Part shown: piece by piece, positions 48,351 to 58,130 of the stretch | How positions within the stretch are numbered: the stretch's first letter is position 1 | Layout: each line of letters starts with the position of its first letter | The notes under the pieces: generated by a model | The model's input: the letters and a program-made list of their open reading frames with translations, nothing else | Databases searched by the model: none | What the model was told of the DNA's origin: nothing | Sequence record: NC_102531.1 | Strand: one strand, 5' to 3' | Length of the DNA stretch: 64,000 bases | DNA from: a phage | Translations under genes and position numbers: made by a program

Positions 48351-48474
48351 TTTATAGCATCCTTATTAGTCATGTTGTGCACCATATTTGTGTATTTTAC
48401 CATGATTATGGTGCATTGTCAATTTAACCTTTCAAGCAATTCAAGAACGTGTGTCAAAACCATAAAAGCAAAAA

Positions 48475-48494
48475 GCCCCACCCGAAGGTGAGGC
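48475..48494 (-). terminator. rho-independent terminator, UUCG tetraloop, after tube gene
   Basis: gccccacc-cgaa-ggtgaggc with A-run on plus side; on minus transcript gccucacc-UUCG-gguggggc then cuuuuugcuuuuau. Confidence 0.5.
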
Positions 48495-48512
48495 TTATGC
48501 TAAAGTGTGCCC

Positions 48513-48986
48513 TTAGATAATACCTGCAAGACCTGCGAGGCCAGTAAGAGCACCAGTGATGTTATCACGGTTGAGCCATGCATCCAGAATACCGATATCC
48601 CAGTCCAGCTGACCTACTTCGGTTCCGTAAGTCAGGTCAGGCTGTTTCTGGATCCAACCAATTGTGGAAATACCAGGGCCCTGGCTACCTTCCAGCAGAA
48701 CCGGGAAGAATACCAGGCCAGTAATCGATGCCTGTTTCTGCCAGTCAGAAAGGTAAGCGTTCCATACAGAAGTGTTCTGCAAAGATACAGTCATAACACC
48801 AGATTGGTTACGAGACAGGGCAGCAGACATTTCGCCATCCACACCAACGTGAGGGTAGATGTTGTCTTCGTTTCTTGAAACAACGATCTTGGTGTCAGCA
48901 GCGAAGCCAGTGACACGCTGCTGCATCAGATACAGTTTGACCTTTTTAGGGTCATACGCATAAGGAGTTAAAATTTGAGTTTCCAT
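48513..48986 (-). CDS. tail tube protein
   Basis: 157 aa immediately downstream of the sheath-sized gene and upstream of the chaperones. Confidence 0.5.
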   Translation of the reverse strand: METQILTPYAYDPKKVKLYLMQQRVTGFAADTKIVVSRNEDNIYPHVGVDGEMSAALSRNQSGVMTVSLQNTSVWNAYLSDWQKQASITGLVFFPVLLEGSQGPGISTIGWIQKQPDLTYGTEVGQLDWDIGILDAWLNRDNITGALTGLAGLAGII

Positions 48987-48996
48987 CTAGTCTTCC

Positions 48997-50373
48997 TTAT
49001 TCAGTCATTGCAACAGCATTGGTGGATTTAGAACCAACTTTGTCCAGAAGAACGTTGATCCGGATACGAACGAAGTGCAGGGCGTTGTTATACACCAGTT
49101 CTACTTTCACACCTTCCAGAACACGAGCAGCCAACTGATTGGTTGGGATTTCTGCACGTTTAGGAACTGTGATGATCGGGTCGTAGAATACATTATTGTC
49201 TTCGTCGAAACCTGTCAGGATCGCACCATTCTTAATGCCAGTGTTGATTGGGTTGTTCATCAGGACAGACTTGATAACCGGAAGATCATCATCAGACATC
49301 TTCATGCTTAAACCCATGTTGGAGCGACGATGCATGTACCCAAACATAGATTCTTCAGATCTGAACTTGATCCAGTGTGCAAAACGAATAGCGTCTGCAT
49401 ACTGACCTGAAGCACACTTACCTTCCCAGAAAGCGCCAACACCGTTAATCATTCTGTAGAAGTTAACGTGGTTTTCCCAAATAGCCATACGCTGAGTTAA
49501 AGTCAGAGACGGTGCAATCACACCTGGCATCTGTTTTAAGTGCAAGCTGTCGCCGTAAGACGGATCGTTGGATGCCATAGCACCTATGATACCACCCTCC
49601 GGGAAGTCCTTATCTGCACGAGGATCGTACATGCCGACACTGTCATATTGTGCAGCTTTCAGTTTGGTGGCGATGTTATTATCTTTACCAGTCACATCTT
49701 CTGCAGTAGAGTAGACATGCAGCTTGTAGTTAGCCTGAGCCCACTTAGCACATGCTTCGATGTCGGTGTGGTCTTCATGGCACAGGAAGTACCAATTGTC
49801 ACGCTCAGCATTGATCTTATCAACTACTGTAGAAGGTTTTTCAGCATTGGCGATATTTTTGATTGTATAGTTACCAGTATGATAACCAACGGTACAGTCA
49901 CCAGTGATGGTGAGAACACCTTCAGCAGCCTCTACAGTGATATCGTTCAAGCTGTCATCTGCTTCAATTTTAGTCTTCATTGACTCTGCAATCTGAGTTG
50001 CACCTGTTCCACCAGAGATAGGCACTATCAAAGAAGTATTGTAGCTACCTTTTGCAATAGTCATTACGACATCGGTATCAGCTGCGGCAGCAATACCTTT
50101 AAAATCTACAGTGGTCTTTTCTTTGGCCTGTCTGCCGATCATAACGTATTGTGGAGGGAATACACCACCAAAAGCTTTTGCTGCAAACTCATACGCTGCA
50201 GAGCCTTGTGCGAAACCATCTTCCACCATCTGATCCAGCTCTGCATATACGCGAGCTCGCTCAGTAAAGTTGTTGTGGATAGCGATGAACAGGGGAGTTT
50301 CGAAACCTACAGTGTCAATAGGCTGGGTTCCGAGGTTAACTGTAACATCTACCACTTTATCTAAATATGGCAT
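48997..50373 (-). CDS. tail sheath protein
   Basis: 458 aa; sheath-tube-chaperone-tape measure order as in P2/Mu-type contractile tails. Confidence 0.5.
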   Translation of the reverse strand: MPYLDKVVDVTVNLGTQPIDTVGFETPLFIAIHNNFTERARVYAELDQMVEDGFAQGSAAYEFAAKAFGGVFPPQYVMIGRQAKEKTTVDFKGIAAAADTDVVMTIAKGSYNTSLIVPISGGTGATQIAESMKTKIEADDSLNDITVEAAEGVLTITGDCTVGYHTGNYTIKNIANAEKPSTVVDKINAERDNWYFLCHEDHTDIEACAKWAQANYKLHVYSTAEDVTGKDNNIATKLKAAQYDSVGMYDPRADKDFPEGGIIGAMASNDPSYGDSLHLKQMPGVIAPSLTLTQRMAIWENHVNFYRMINGVGAFWEGKCASGQYADAIRFAHWIKFRSEESMFGYMHRRSNMGLSMKMSDDDLPVIKSVLMNNPINTGIKNGAILTGFDEDNNVFYDPIITVPKRAEIPTNQLAARVLEGVKVELVYNNALHFVRIRINVLLDKVGSKSTNAVAMTE

Positions 50374-50445
50374 TTGTTTCCTCTTAATATCTGTGCACGG
50401 ATATCAAACACGCAGTGTAATCATTACACTACACAATTATAACGA

Positions 50446-50997
50446 TTACTGACCACTGTCTGTAACCGCTTTACCAGAATTGGGTGAAGGGAAGTGTGTG
50501 GTTATTTCAGCCTTAATTCCCTCAAGATCCTCAAAAGCCCCAATGTCTGTTTCAACAAACCTTACGTTAAATGTCAGCATCACAGTGGCTCTATTTTCAT
50601 ACGTCTGCTTATTCAACGGCACTCTTTGAGGTGAGATTGTTGAATTGTTAGAGTAGGCAAAGCACGATCCCAGAGGGAAATACTTGTCATAAAACATTGG
50701 AAGGTTTATTGCTTGCAATACTCTGCTAAGTGCAGCATATGCCCTGCCACGATAAGCTGTTAGCAGATAGGTAACAGTGTAGCTGTGGGTGACGTAAGCA
50801 TTACCCTCCGCATCTTGAAACTCATTATCTTCCCAAGTGGTGGGATTGATCGCCAAGGTTTGTAAGAGTACAAACTCACCTTCCGGCTTCGGTATGGTAG
50901 AGCTTTCTGCCAGAACTACAGTTCTTCCTGTGGCAACCTTGACAAGCTTAGCAATGGCTGTTTCAAGATCAGAAAAAACTTTTTCGAAAGCTTCCAT
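50446..50997 (-). CDS. neck/tail completion protein (183 aa), hypothetical
   Basis: ORF track; between head genes and sheath. Confidence 0.4.
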   Translation of the reverse strand: MEAFEKVFSDLETAIAKLVKVATGRTVVLAESSTIPKPEGEFVLLQTLAINPTTWEDNEFQDAEGNAYVTHSYTVTYLLTAYRGRAYAALSRVLQAINLPMFYDKYFPLGSCFAYSNNSTISPQRVPLNKQTYENRATVMLTFNVRFVETDIGAFEDLEGIKAEITTHFPSPNSGKAVTDSGQ

Positions 50998-51422
50998 CAG
51001 TTTTCTCCTTCAGGCTCTTCTACCACAAAAAATCTATATCTCCCACCACCAGAGGTAACATATGCATCGCATTTTAAAACGGTAAACCATTTCAAGTCAC
51101 CACGGATGTTAGGAAGTTGAATTTGATCAGCCATTGCATATGTTCCTTCATCCGGACTATACAACTTGGTTGAGGAGTAAACTGTAAAAGCCTCGTACTG
51201 TCTGTCACCTTCAGGGTTTATTTGAGAGGAGTAATCTTTGGCTGCCCTTCCTGTCAACGGCTGCACAACACACTCTAAGACATCAAACTCTTCATACTCA
51301 AGTTCTAACCCCTCGTTGGCAAAAGGGCCACCAACTGTTTTGTTATACACTCTGTGGCGACCTTTGAATGTTTTACGAGGTATTAGTCTGTTCTTTCCTA
51401 TCAGCTTATAACCTGCTGCCAC
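50997..51422 (-). CDS. head-tail joining protein (141 aa), hypothetical
   Basis: ORF track; start overlaps downstream stop. Confidence 0.4.
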   Translation of the reverse strand: MAAGYKLIGKNRLIPRKTFKGRHRVYNKTVGGPFANEGLELEYEEFDVLECVVQPLTGRAAKDYSSQINPEGDRQYEAFTVYSSTKLYSPDEGTYAMADQIQLPNIRGDLKWFTVLKCDAYVTSGGGRYRFFVVEEPEGEN

Positions 51423-51437
51423 TCAACCCCCTTATTT

Positions 51438-51908
51438 TTACTGTCCGATTTTAAAGGTTGCAGATTCAAGCAGCACATCGTAATGCCGCATAGCCTCGTT
51501 GAAGCCTTTCTCTTGTGCCCACTGCTCGCTAACAGTAGGATTACTAAACTGCCCAGCCTCAATAACAAACTGGATAGCTTTGGCCCCTGTGTCCCCCATC
51601 TGCTTAAGAATAGCCTCTGCACTTGATCCTCTAGCCATAGCTCTCAACAATTTTTCTGTCAAGGTCTGTAATTGAGTGCTGTGAAATGCAAAGGCTGTCT
51701 CCATGAAATTGCGAACAGGCAGCCCGTTCCAACCGAAGTTGTGAATGGCTGCCAATGTTGCCATATTTAAGCCTGACGGGTGAGGTTCGTCATAAAAGCC
51801 GTAGGTTATTGTTTTACTTTCAAGTCTCACAAGTTCTTTGTAGAAGCGATCTAAACGCTTTAGGTTGAACCTTGTTTGACATTTAACCTTTAGCATTATA
51901 TCCCTCAC
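51438..51908 (-). CDS. head-tail connector protein (156 aa), hypothetical
   Basis: ORF track. Confidence 0.4.
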   Translation of the reverse strand: MRDIMLKVKCQTRFNLKRLDRFYKELVRLESKTITYGFYDEPHPSGLNMATLAAIHNFGWNGLPVRNFMETAFAFHSTQLQTLTEKLLRAMARGSSAEAILKQMGDTGAKAIQFVIEAGQFSNPTVSEQWAQEKGFNEAMRHYDVLLESATFKIGQ

Positions 51909-51949
51909 TAATGTATTTTACCACAAAGATACATCAAAAGCAACAATTT

Positions 51950-52570
51950 TTAAAAACTGCGTTTGCGTCTTGGGTGTCGAGGAGGTTGGTTATTTAGACC
52001 ACTGATAGGTGTAATCCCCTGGACATCGAACGGTCCGTTGCTGTTTTCATTAAATTTAACCCGAATTCCTTCGTCTACACGAACACCACCAATGATAATC
52101 ATTCTGCTGTAAGCATCTAGCTCAGAATCTACATAGTCTGGGTGTGCCAGCAGCCAATCAAGGAAATCCTTCCATTGGGCGTAGGAAGATCCACCACGAA
52201 TCTCTATGGTCTCATCACCTATTTTTTCCAGACGGGAAGTTATACTTGCATTACCACTGGACACTTCCTGCATCATCAGCCACCGCACAAGCTGCACAAG
52301 CACATTGTACTTAAGCAGAGGTAGCTTATCAGGGTCTGCTGGATAATTTAGTTTCAGCTTCTCCATGTCAAGGAATGTTTTAATTACCTCGTCAGGGAGG
52401 GTTTCCTCATCAACATTGCCAAGCAACAACCTCATAATATTAATAAGGGGTTGGTCTGGATCAGGTTCCGGAGGTACAGGGTCTTCTTTTGGTGGTTCTT
52501 CTGGGGTATCAACTACACCATCATGGTTAGGCGGGGACTGGATAATCTCTTCATCTTCATACCATGCCAT
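51950..52570 (-). CDS. head completion protein (206 aa from internal ATG), hypothetical
   Basis: ORF track 51950..52627 begins at a TTG; ATG 52570 (MAWYEDEE...) has GAGG 9 nt upstream. Pro/Glu-rich N-terminal linker. Confidence 0.4.
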   Translation of the reverse strand: MAWYEDEEIIQSPPNHDGVVDTPEEPPKEDPVPPEPDPDQPLINIMRLLLGNVDEETLPDEVIKTFLDMEKLKLNYPADPDKLPLLKYNVLVQLVRWLMMQEVSSGNASITSRLEKIGDETIEIRGGSSYAQWKDFLDWLLAHPDYVDSELDAYSRMIIIGGVRVDEGIRVKFNENSNGPFDVQGITPISGLNNQPPRHPRRKRSF

Positions 52571-52629
52571 TTGAAAATACCTCGTAAAAATAAAGCCCCA
52601 TTCCTGATTTGGAAGGGGCCTTAACAAAA

Positions 52630-53478
52630 TTATGCCAGTGCAGCCTCAAAATCTTTCATCATATTTTGGAAAGTTTTTGCCTTACTTAAGGTAACACCGT
52701 ACTCTTTGGCGAAGGTTTGGAGTGCATCTTTTGAACCACTTTTGTCATCTTCGTTGTTAAGAGCTGCGGCCTGCTGTAGTATGGCATCAACATCACTGCG
52801 AGAAGATCTTGATTCTTGTGCCTGTTCAGGATCCTGCTCAGTGCCTTCCTCCGGTGCAGTCGGGCCTTGGGATTCTTCACCACCACCACCAGGTTCAGTA
52901 GGACCTACAGGCGGCTCCGGCTCTGGTTCAGGCGGTGGAGCTATCGTAGAGACCAGTCCAAGATTTACAACCTGAGAACGTTTCTTAGGCCACTCAATGG
53001 TGAAAGTTTGGGTATCTTCTTCATAAACAATGCTGCATTGCTCATCGTTTATGGTCACTTTTTTAGGCATCCCTACAGGGTCCCATAGATGGCCCTCTGC
53101 CACGGAAACTTGGAAAGCCGCATCTACCTCTTTAAACACTGACGGGGTGAGTGTGATATTGACATCCCCGCTTTGCAGTGTTAAAGTGCTTTCATCAAGG
53201 TTCTCTGTGAAGAACAGAAGAATAACACCCATACGGATAGTTGAAATACCAGTATCAATTGGCAGTCCTGTATGTTTTGCAATCTTCTCGAAGAAGTCTA
53301 CAATCGTTCTGCACGGATAGTGAACACTGCCGATAACGAATTCTGTTGGTGGCAGAAGGGCTGATAAGCCAACATTGATTTCTGGGTTATATTGTGCTAA
53401 AAATTGATAAAAACTTAACTGATTGTTGAAAACTCTTAATAGAGGATCATACTCAACTGGGTAGACGGTTCGCTTCAC
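52630..53478 (-). CDS. hypothetical head-associated protein (282 aa) with Pro/Glu-rich linker
   Basis: ORF track; PPPEPEPEPPVGPTEPGGGGEE linker; first gene after the capsid terminator. Confidence 0.45.
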   Translation of the reverse strand: MKRTVYPVEYDPLLRVFNNQLSFYQFLAQYNPEINVGLSALLPPTEFVIGSVHYPCRTIVDFFEKIAKHTGLPIDTGISTIRMGVILLFFTENLDESTLTLQSGDVNITLTPSVFKEVDAAFQVSVAEGHLWDPVGMPKKVTINDEQCSIVYEEDTQTFTIEWPKKRSQVVNLGLVSTIAPPPEPEPEPPVGPTEPGGGGEESQGPTAPEEGTEQDPEQAQESRSSRSDVDAILQQAAALNNEDDKSGSKDALQTFAKEYGVTLSKAKTFQNMMKDFEAALA

Positions 53479-53511
53479 GGGACACTCCTGTTAAACCCTA
53501 ATAAATAAAAA

Positions 53512-53535
53512 GGGGAGGGGGAGAACCCCCTCCCC
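53512..53535 (-). terminator. strong rho-independent terminator after major capsid gene
   Basis: ggggaggggg-agaa-ccccctcccc perfect 10-bp stem with A-run on plus side (uuuuuauuuauu on minus transcript). Confidence 0.6.
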
Positions 53536-53559
53536 ATATGGGATGAATCACCGTAGTGA

Positions 53560-54561
53560 TTATTCACTTTTCAGAGTTGCTTTAACAACCAGCTCTGGAC
53601 GGGTGTTAACTGCCAGCATAGAGGTTTCAGATTCGATTTTCTGTTCTCTCAGGTAGGCAGAGTGTTTATACCACATATACAGTTCTTGTGCTGGGGTATT
53701 TGCATCTTCCACAGTGTCAGCTGGAGCAAAGTGCAGCTGGAACATCTGATCGATACCCATAGGCATCAGGCGAGCCTCACCGTCCGGAATGTTACCAGAG
53801 ATGTCTTCGATGAAGGTCATGCCTTTGTGTTCGAACACACGGTAAATGCTCTGTTCGCCACCTGCACCCAGACGACGACGCAGCGGTTCCTGAGAAGAGC
53901 TGTAGTAGGTGTAAGCCAGCTCTACCAGCGGATGATGAACCAGTGCAGAGAAGAATTTCGGAGAGCACAGCGCGATGATGTTGTAAGCACCAGCGTTGTC
54001 GCCAGCCTGAAGAGCAATGTGCAGACGTGCATCTTCGATTACTTCCATCGGGTCCTGTGCTGCATTTTTAGGATCGATTTCGATAGATTTCTGGGAAACG
54101 CCCCACAGTTTGTAATAGTCATACTGACAGGTTGCATCACCAGGTGCATAGGATTTACCCAGAACTGCAGCAAAAAGAGCTTTTTCACGTAGGGTTTCGT
54201 GGCTCAGACGAATACGACGAACTACACGAGTAACCACGTCTTGCACAGTTTTCGGTGCATCCGGAGTGAAGTAGCGACGGAAGTTCTGAACGTCCGCAGC
54301 AGTGATTCCCTTATCCAGCGGGAAGAACGGGATGTTCAGGTTTTTGATCTGTGCACGTTCGCTATCAACGTAGTTACGTTCACCACCACGACGACGAGCG
54401 GCGATATCACCAACCACTTCATCAACACGTTCGATCTGTGCGATTGTTGAGGTGCCAAGATGGGTTTCAAACAGATCCATACCAGTGATCAGGCGATATT
54501 GGCGCGGAACCAGTTCAAGAGTAGCACCTAAATCAACAATACCAAAATCATCTTTACGCAT
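53560..54561 (-). CDS. major capsid protein (lambda gpE-like fold)
   Basis: ORF track 53560..54573 (TTG start); ATG 54561 has GGAG 6 nt upstream. ~333 aa, followed by a strong terminator and preceded by a decoration gene. Confidence 0.6.
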   Translation of the reverse strand: MRKDDFGIVDLGATLELVPRQYRLITGMDLFETHLGTSTIAQIERVDEVVGDIAARRRGGERNYVDSERAQIKNLNIPFFPLDKGITAADVQNFRRYFTPDAPKTVQDVVTRVVRRIRLSHETLREKALFAAVLGKSYAPGDATCQYDYYKLWGVSQKSIEIDPKNAAQDPMEVIEDARLHIALQAGDNAGAYNIIALCSPKFFSALVHHPLVELAYTYYSSSQEPLRRRLGAGGEQSIYRVFEHKGMTFIEDISGNIPDGEARLMPMGIDQMFQLHFAPADTVEDANTPAQELYMWYKHSAYLREQKIESETSMLAVNTRPELVVKATLKSE

Positions 54562-54608
54562 TATTTTCTCCAAATAACTTTAAAATTTTGTTTCCCAAAG
54601 ATCTAGGA

Positions 54609-54983
54609 TTATTCCTGAACTTTGTTGCCTTTGGCTTCGAGAGCTTCCAGAACTGCAGCAGGTGCAGCCGTGCCGCCAGCCACTTTAAGATGTTTTTTAG
54701 CGAAAGTAACGCCACGAACAGCAACAACCAGTTTATACTTCTCGCCAACTTTCAGAGGCTCTGCCAGATTAACTTTACCAGAATCGTCAGGCAGAAGAGC
54801 GCGGTCAACCAGTACACCAAAGGTATCTGAGCCATCTTGATTAGCCAGAGTGCCAGTTTTGGTAACTACTGCGCCAGCAACGTGATCAGCAGTAAGGGTA
54901 ATTTCAATCTCTTTAAAGTTGAAACCTGCATCGCTTGCATCTACTTTGCCGAGCACGATATCAGAATATTGAGTGGTGATCAT
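54609..54983 (-). CDS. head decoration protein (lambda gpD-like)
   Basis: 124 aa, Gly/Ala/Val-rich beta-type protein immediately upstream of the capsid gene; SD AGGGGA 6 nt upstream. Confidence 0.5.
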   Translation of the reverse strand: MITTQYSDIVLGKVDASDAGFNFKEIEITLTADHVAGAVVTKTGTLANQDGSDTFGVLVDRALLPDDSGKVNLAEPLKVGEKYKLVVAVRGVTFAKKHLKVAGGTAAPAAVLEALEAKGNKVQE

Positions 54984-55004
54984 TATTTTCCCCTATTACG
55001 CAAA

Positions 55005-55985
55005 TTATTTATTAGATTCTTTACGTGCACGAGCCAGAGCTTTAGCGACGTTTTCAGCAATAATATCTTCAGCAGATTTAGCAATGTCATCTACTACGAC
55101 ATCACCATCTTTGCCTTGCTCGGTAGTTGCGAACTCATCTTTAGCTTTTTCAACCTCAGCTTCCAGTTCAGCAATACGAGCTTGGGCTTTTTCCAGCAAT
55201 GCAACAACAGAAGCATTAGCTTTGTCCAGCATGAATTCGACCAGAGTTGTGTGATCTTCTTCAGTAGCGAAGCTTAACGCTTGAGCTTTTTCCAGCATTT
55301 TAGCTTTTTCAACTTCTACCTGAGCCTTGATGATTTCTTCAGCTTTTTCATTGGTAGCCTTCAGTTCTTCGAACTGTTTCAGCAGGTCCAGGTACTCTTG
55401 AGACTTGGTTACGTCTTCCACCGGATTCTCCTCGGTATTTGCGGATTTATCAACATTGTCCACAGCATCAGTAACAACCTCTTCTGTGGTTTCCTGTGCC
55501 GCTTTAATAAGTTTCCCTTCTTCATCGAAGAGATCAGCGGTCATCTGCTCAAAAACTTGTTGGGTTTTTAACAGGGTGTATTGGTCAACAATACTTAAAT
55601 CTTTACCTTCTTTAGCAGCTTTGTGAATGGTTACGTTGTCACAACGTTCTTCTAACCACCGCACACAAGCCTCTGCATCAGCCTGCGCCCACTCCCAATC
55701 TGGGTGTTCTTTTGCCCAAGCTTCTTCTTCAATCTCGAACCCGAGCAGGTGAGCCAGTGCCTTAGCATCGTCATACCACATATCGAAGAAACGACGAAGG
55801 TATTCTTCAAAGCTAAGTTCAACAGTAACTTGGCGAAGAGCCTTAACAATATCCTCTGTCAACTGCTCAGGCTGAAGATCGCTCTTCATTAAAAGAGATA
55901 CAGGTCGATTGTTAGCGCTATAGCCTTGCGCCTTATGGCACAGGGCAATCCCTTTCTCTTTAATAGTGATTGTTTTTTCAGACAT
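55005..55985 (-). CDS. scaffolding protein
   Basis: 326 aa, very acidic, C-terminal half with coiled-coil character; between portal region and decoration/capsid genes. Confidence 0.5.
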   Translation of the reverse strand: MSEKTITIKEKGIALCHKAQGYSANNRPVSLLMKSDLQPEQLTEDIVKALRQVTVELSFEEYLRRFFDMWYDDAKALAHLLGFEIEEEAWAKEHPDWEWAQADAEACVRWLEERCDNVTIHKAAKEGKDLSIVDQYTLLKTQQVFEQMTADLFDEEGKLIKAAQETTEEVVTDAVDNVDKSANTEENPVEDVTKSQEYLDLLKQFEELKATNEKAEEIIKAQVEVEKAKMLEKAQALSFATEEDHTTLVEFMLDKANASVVALLEKAQARIAELEAEVEKAKDEFATTEQGKDGDVVVDDIAKSAEDIIAENVAKALARARKESNK

Positions 55986-56404
55986 TACTCATTGCCCTCT
56001 TCTACAACACTGATCCCGAAGTTTACGTTGGTGATCTCTCCAGTTTCTTCATCAACATTACCAGTTGCCTGAATGCTTAGGCCACCAACAATGCCAGCCT
56101 TCTTAGCTTCCCATAACTCAGGATTATTGTATTTAACTTTAGCAACCCAAGAGCCAGCCTTGATGACCTGCTCAGTGCCAATTACTACAACATCAAACTC
56201 TTCTTGAATCCACGTCTTTTCAATAGTGAAAGCATCTGTAGAGGTCAAGTGAAAAAGGTTTTCAGAAACTAGGCCTGCGGCGTATGCTGCGTCCCAGTTA
56301 TCTTTAGCCTTTTTGATGGTGTCTTTACTCATCCACTCACCGTGAGCATCTTTAGTGTCAGGTTCGTAGATGATTTCGTAGGAAATCATTTCTTCCTGTG
56401 GCAT
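55985..56404 (-). CDS. hypothetical head morphogenesis protein (139 aa from internal ATG)
   Basis: ORF track 55985..56560 would overlap the portal gene by 89 nt; ATG 56404 has GGGGAA 6 nt upstream. Function unknown. Confidence 0.35.
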   Translation of the reverse strand: MPQEEMISYEIIYEPDTKDAHGEWMSKDTIKKAKDNWDAAYAAGLVSENLFHLTSTDAFTIEKTWIQEEFDVVVIGTEQVIKAGSWVAKVKYNNPELWEAKKAGIVGGLSIQATGNVDEETGEITNVNFGISVVEEGNE

Positions 56405-56471
56405 CTTATTCCCCATGTGGATTATTTTATCACGCCAAAGGAGGTTTTGCAACCCCCTGTGTTGATAATTT

Positions 56472-58028
56472 TTAATTTTCCATGTTGGATATGGAATTAT
56501 CTCTGGTTGATGACATCTTAGAAGTGCCGTTGCCAGTGGATCCTGCAGCCATTCCATCACCAGCCCTACTAATGTCCTGGCCCAAGAGCTTCATCAGCTC
56601 TTCCTGATCCATGTCCTCGTCAAATCTTTCATCAAACCCGCCTACTTCAAGAATCTTATTAATTACCGCAGGAGTTTTTGGCAAGTAACCTACAGCACCG
56701 ATCCTCTGGACAAACTTGGAGAAGCTCTCCATATCCACTTCTTCAATCAGACCAGGTTTCAGTTTAGGCATATCATCATCTTCAAGGATGATACCATTCA
56801 ATGCCAGAAGCTGTGGAATAAGATCTTTATTGAAGGCCTCAGTGATAATATCTATATCACGCTGAACAAAATGACCATGGATAGACTGTTTTGACTCAGA
56901 CAGAGAGAAGGATCCAACGTTATCGTTACCGAGGTTAATAAAGCCAGCACCGAAACGGTCAAGAATCGCCTTCTTACGGGCATCAATCAAATCTTTAGTG
57001 GAATACTGCTTACCCATACCGTCAACCCCCTTCAGGGTCATGGAGTAAAGCTCTTTACCAGACTTATCTCTATCAGACGGAAGTATAAAGAAACTTTGCT
57101 CACCACTATGGGCGTTTGCTGCGTCAAGCATAAGGTCTGCAACCATCCTCCCTTCCATTGAATTCGGGTCAATGCTGGCCTTGTTCAAAATATTGGAAGG
57201 AATTTTCAGCTCAAGCACACCACCAAGGTCTTTGGAACAGCCAACAACCTCAAGGTTTTCAATCAGAACTTTCTCACGGAAAGATCTGTAGCAACCTATC
57301 ATCGGTGACACACCTGCGGGGTTAGATTCTGTTCCTGACAGGGTCATGAGCATAAGCTTTTTAGCAGGGATGAAAATTTCAGGCTCATTAAAGCCTTTTG
57401 AAGGCATTGCAGCAAGAGGTCCAGCCCAGCGTGCATTCTGAGTGTTTAGAAATGCATTAGGTGATTGATAAATACCTGTCAGTGTTCTACTATTCTTGTC
57501 AAAGACAAACGGCTCTGATCTGGACAAACTGGCCTGAGGTCGGAATGCAATTTTATCAATAAGAAGCATCCCGGCATATTTACCTTCTTTCTCTCTGCGG
57601 TATACTTTCTCAAACAGTGAAAAACCATACTCGTTAAAGGTAGCCGCGCTTCTTGCAATATCTCGAAGAGTTTGTTGGTTTGCCAAATTACGCAAAGAAT
57701 ACTCTATAAGCTCGGCAGCTTTCTTAGAGTCTTCACTTTTAACATTATAAAGGATCTTAAAATCATTGAATGCTTTCGTGATGAAAACATATTTTGTATC
57801 TAAGGCAGTAGCAACTGTGGAATCACATTTCATAGTCTCCACTGTAGCAATCAGTTGAGGCCAACGCAATTCCTCAACCATCATAGATTGCGATTCTGCC
57901 ATAATTTGGGAAAGTGCGCCAGAACCGATCTCACTCATACGAACATTATGAGTTGGTGCGCCTGCGTTCCCAGATTTATTCACAGTTTTGGCTGTGGCGT
58001 TGTGTTTCCTGCGGTTCTTTTTGGACAC
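56472..58028 (-). CDS. portal protein
   Basis: 518 aa between terminase and scaffold/capsid genes; basic N-terminus and acidic C-terminus; positional call. Confidence 0.55.
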   Translation of the reverse strand: MSKKNRRKHNATAKTVNKSGNAGAPTHNVRMSEIGSGALSQIMAESQSMMVEELRWPQLIATVETMKCDSTVATALDTKYVFITKAFNDFKILYNVKSEDSKKAAELIEYSLRNLANQQTLRDIARSAATFNEYGFSLFEKVYRREKEGKYAGMLLIDKIAFRPQASLSRSEPFVFDKNSRTLTGIYQSPNAFLNTQNARWAGPLAAMPSKGFNEPEIFIPAKKLMLMTLSGTESNPAGVSPMIGCYRSFREKVLIENLEVVGCSKDLGGVLELKIPSNILNKASIDPNSMEGRMVADLMLDAANAHSGEQSFFILPSDRDKSGKELYSMTLKGVDGMGKQYSTKDLIDARKKAILDRFGAGFINLGNDNVGSFSLSESKQSIHGHFVQRDIDIITEAFNKDLIPQLLALNGIILEDDDMPKLKPGLIEEVDMESFSKFVQRIGAVGYLPKTPAVINKILEVGGFDERFDEDMDQEELMKLLGQDISRAGDGMAAGSTGNGTSKMSSTRDNSISNMEN

Positions 58029-58060
58029 AAGCTTTACCCCTCAAAACAGTATAACAAAAT

Positions 58061-58080
58061 AGCCCTCGTGTTAGAGGGCT
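58061..58080 (-). terminator. hairpin plus U-rich tract between terminase and portal
   Basis: agccctc-gtgtta-gagggct on plus; on minus transcript followed by auuuuguuauacuguuuu. Confidence 0.35.
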
Positions 58081-58130
58081 AGTATCTCCGATTACTCTAT
58101 TCTACCACATCTAATTAAGATTGGCAACAC

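Noticed and set aside
54554-54830. ORFs 54554..54748 (-) and 54588..54830 (+) between capsid and decoration genes
   Set aside because: They overlap the decoration gene in other frames and have no start context; considered artefacts.
55985-56560. Full-length 191-aa ORF overlapping the portal gene by 89 nt
   Set aside because: Such a long overlap is unlikely; the internal ATG at 56404 with a GGGGAA SD was preferred, but the true start is uncertain.
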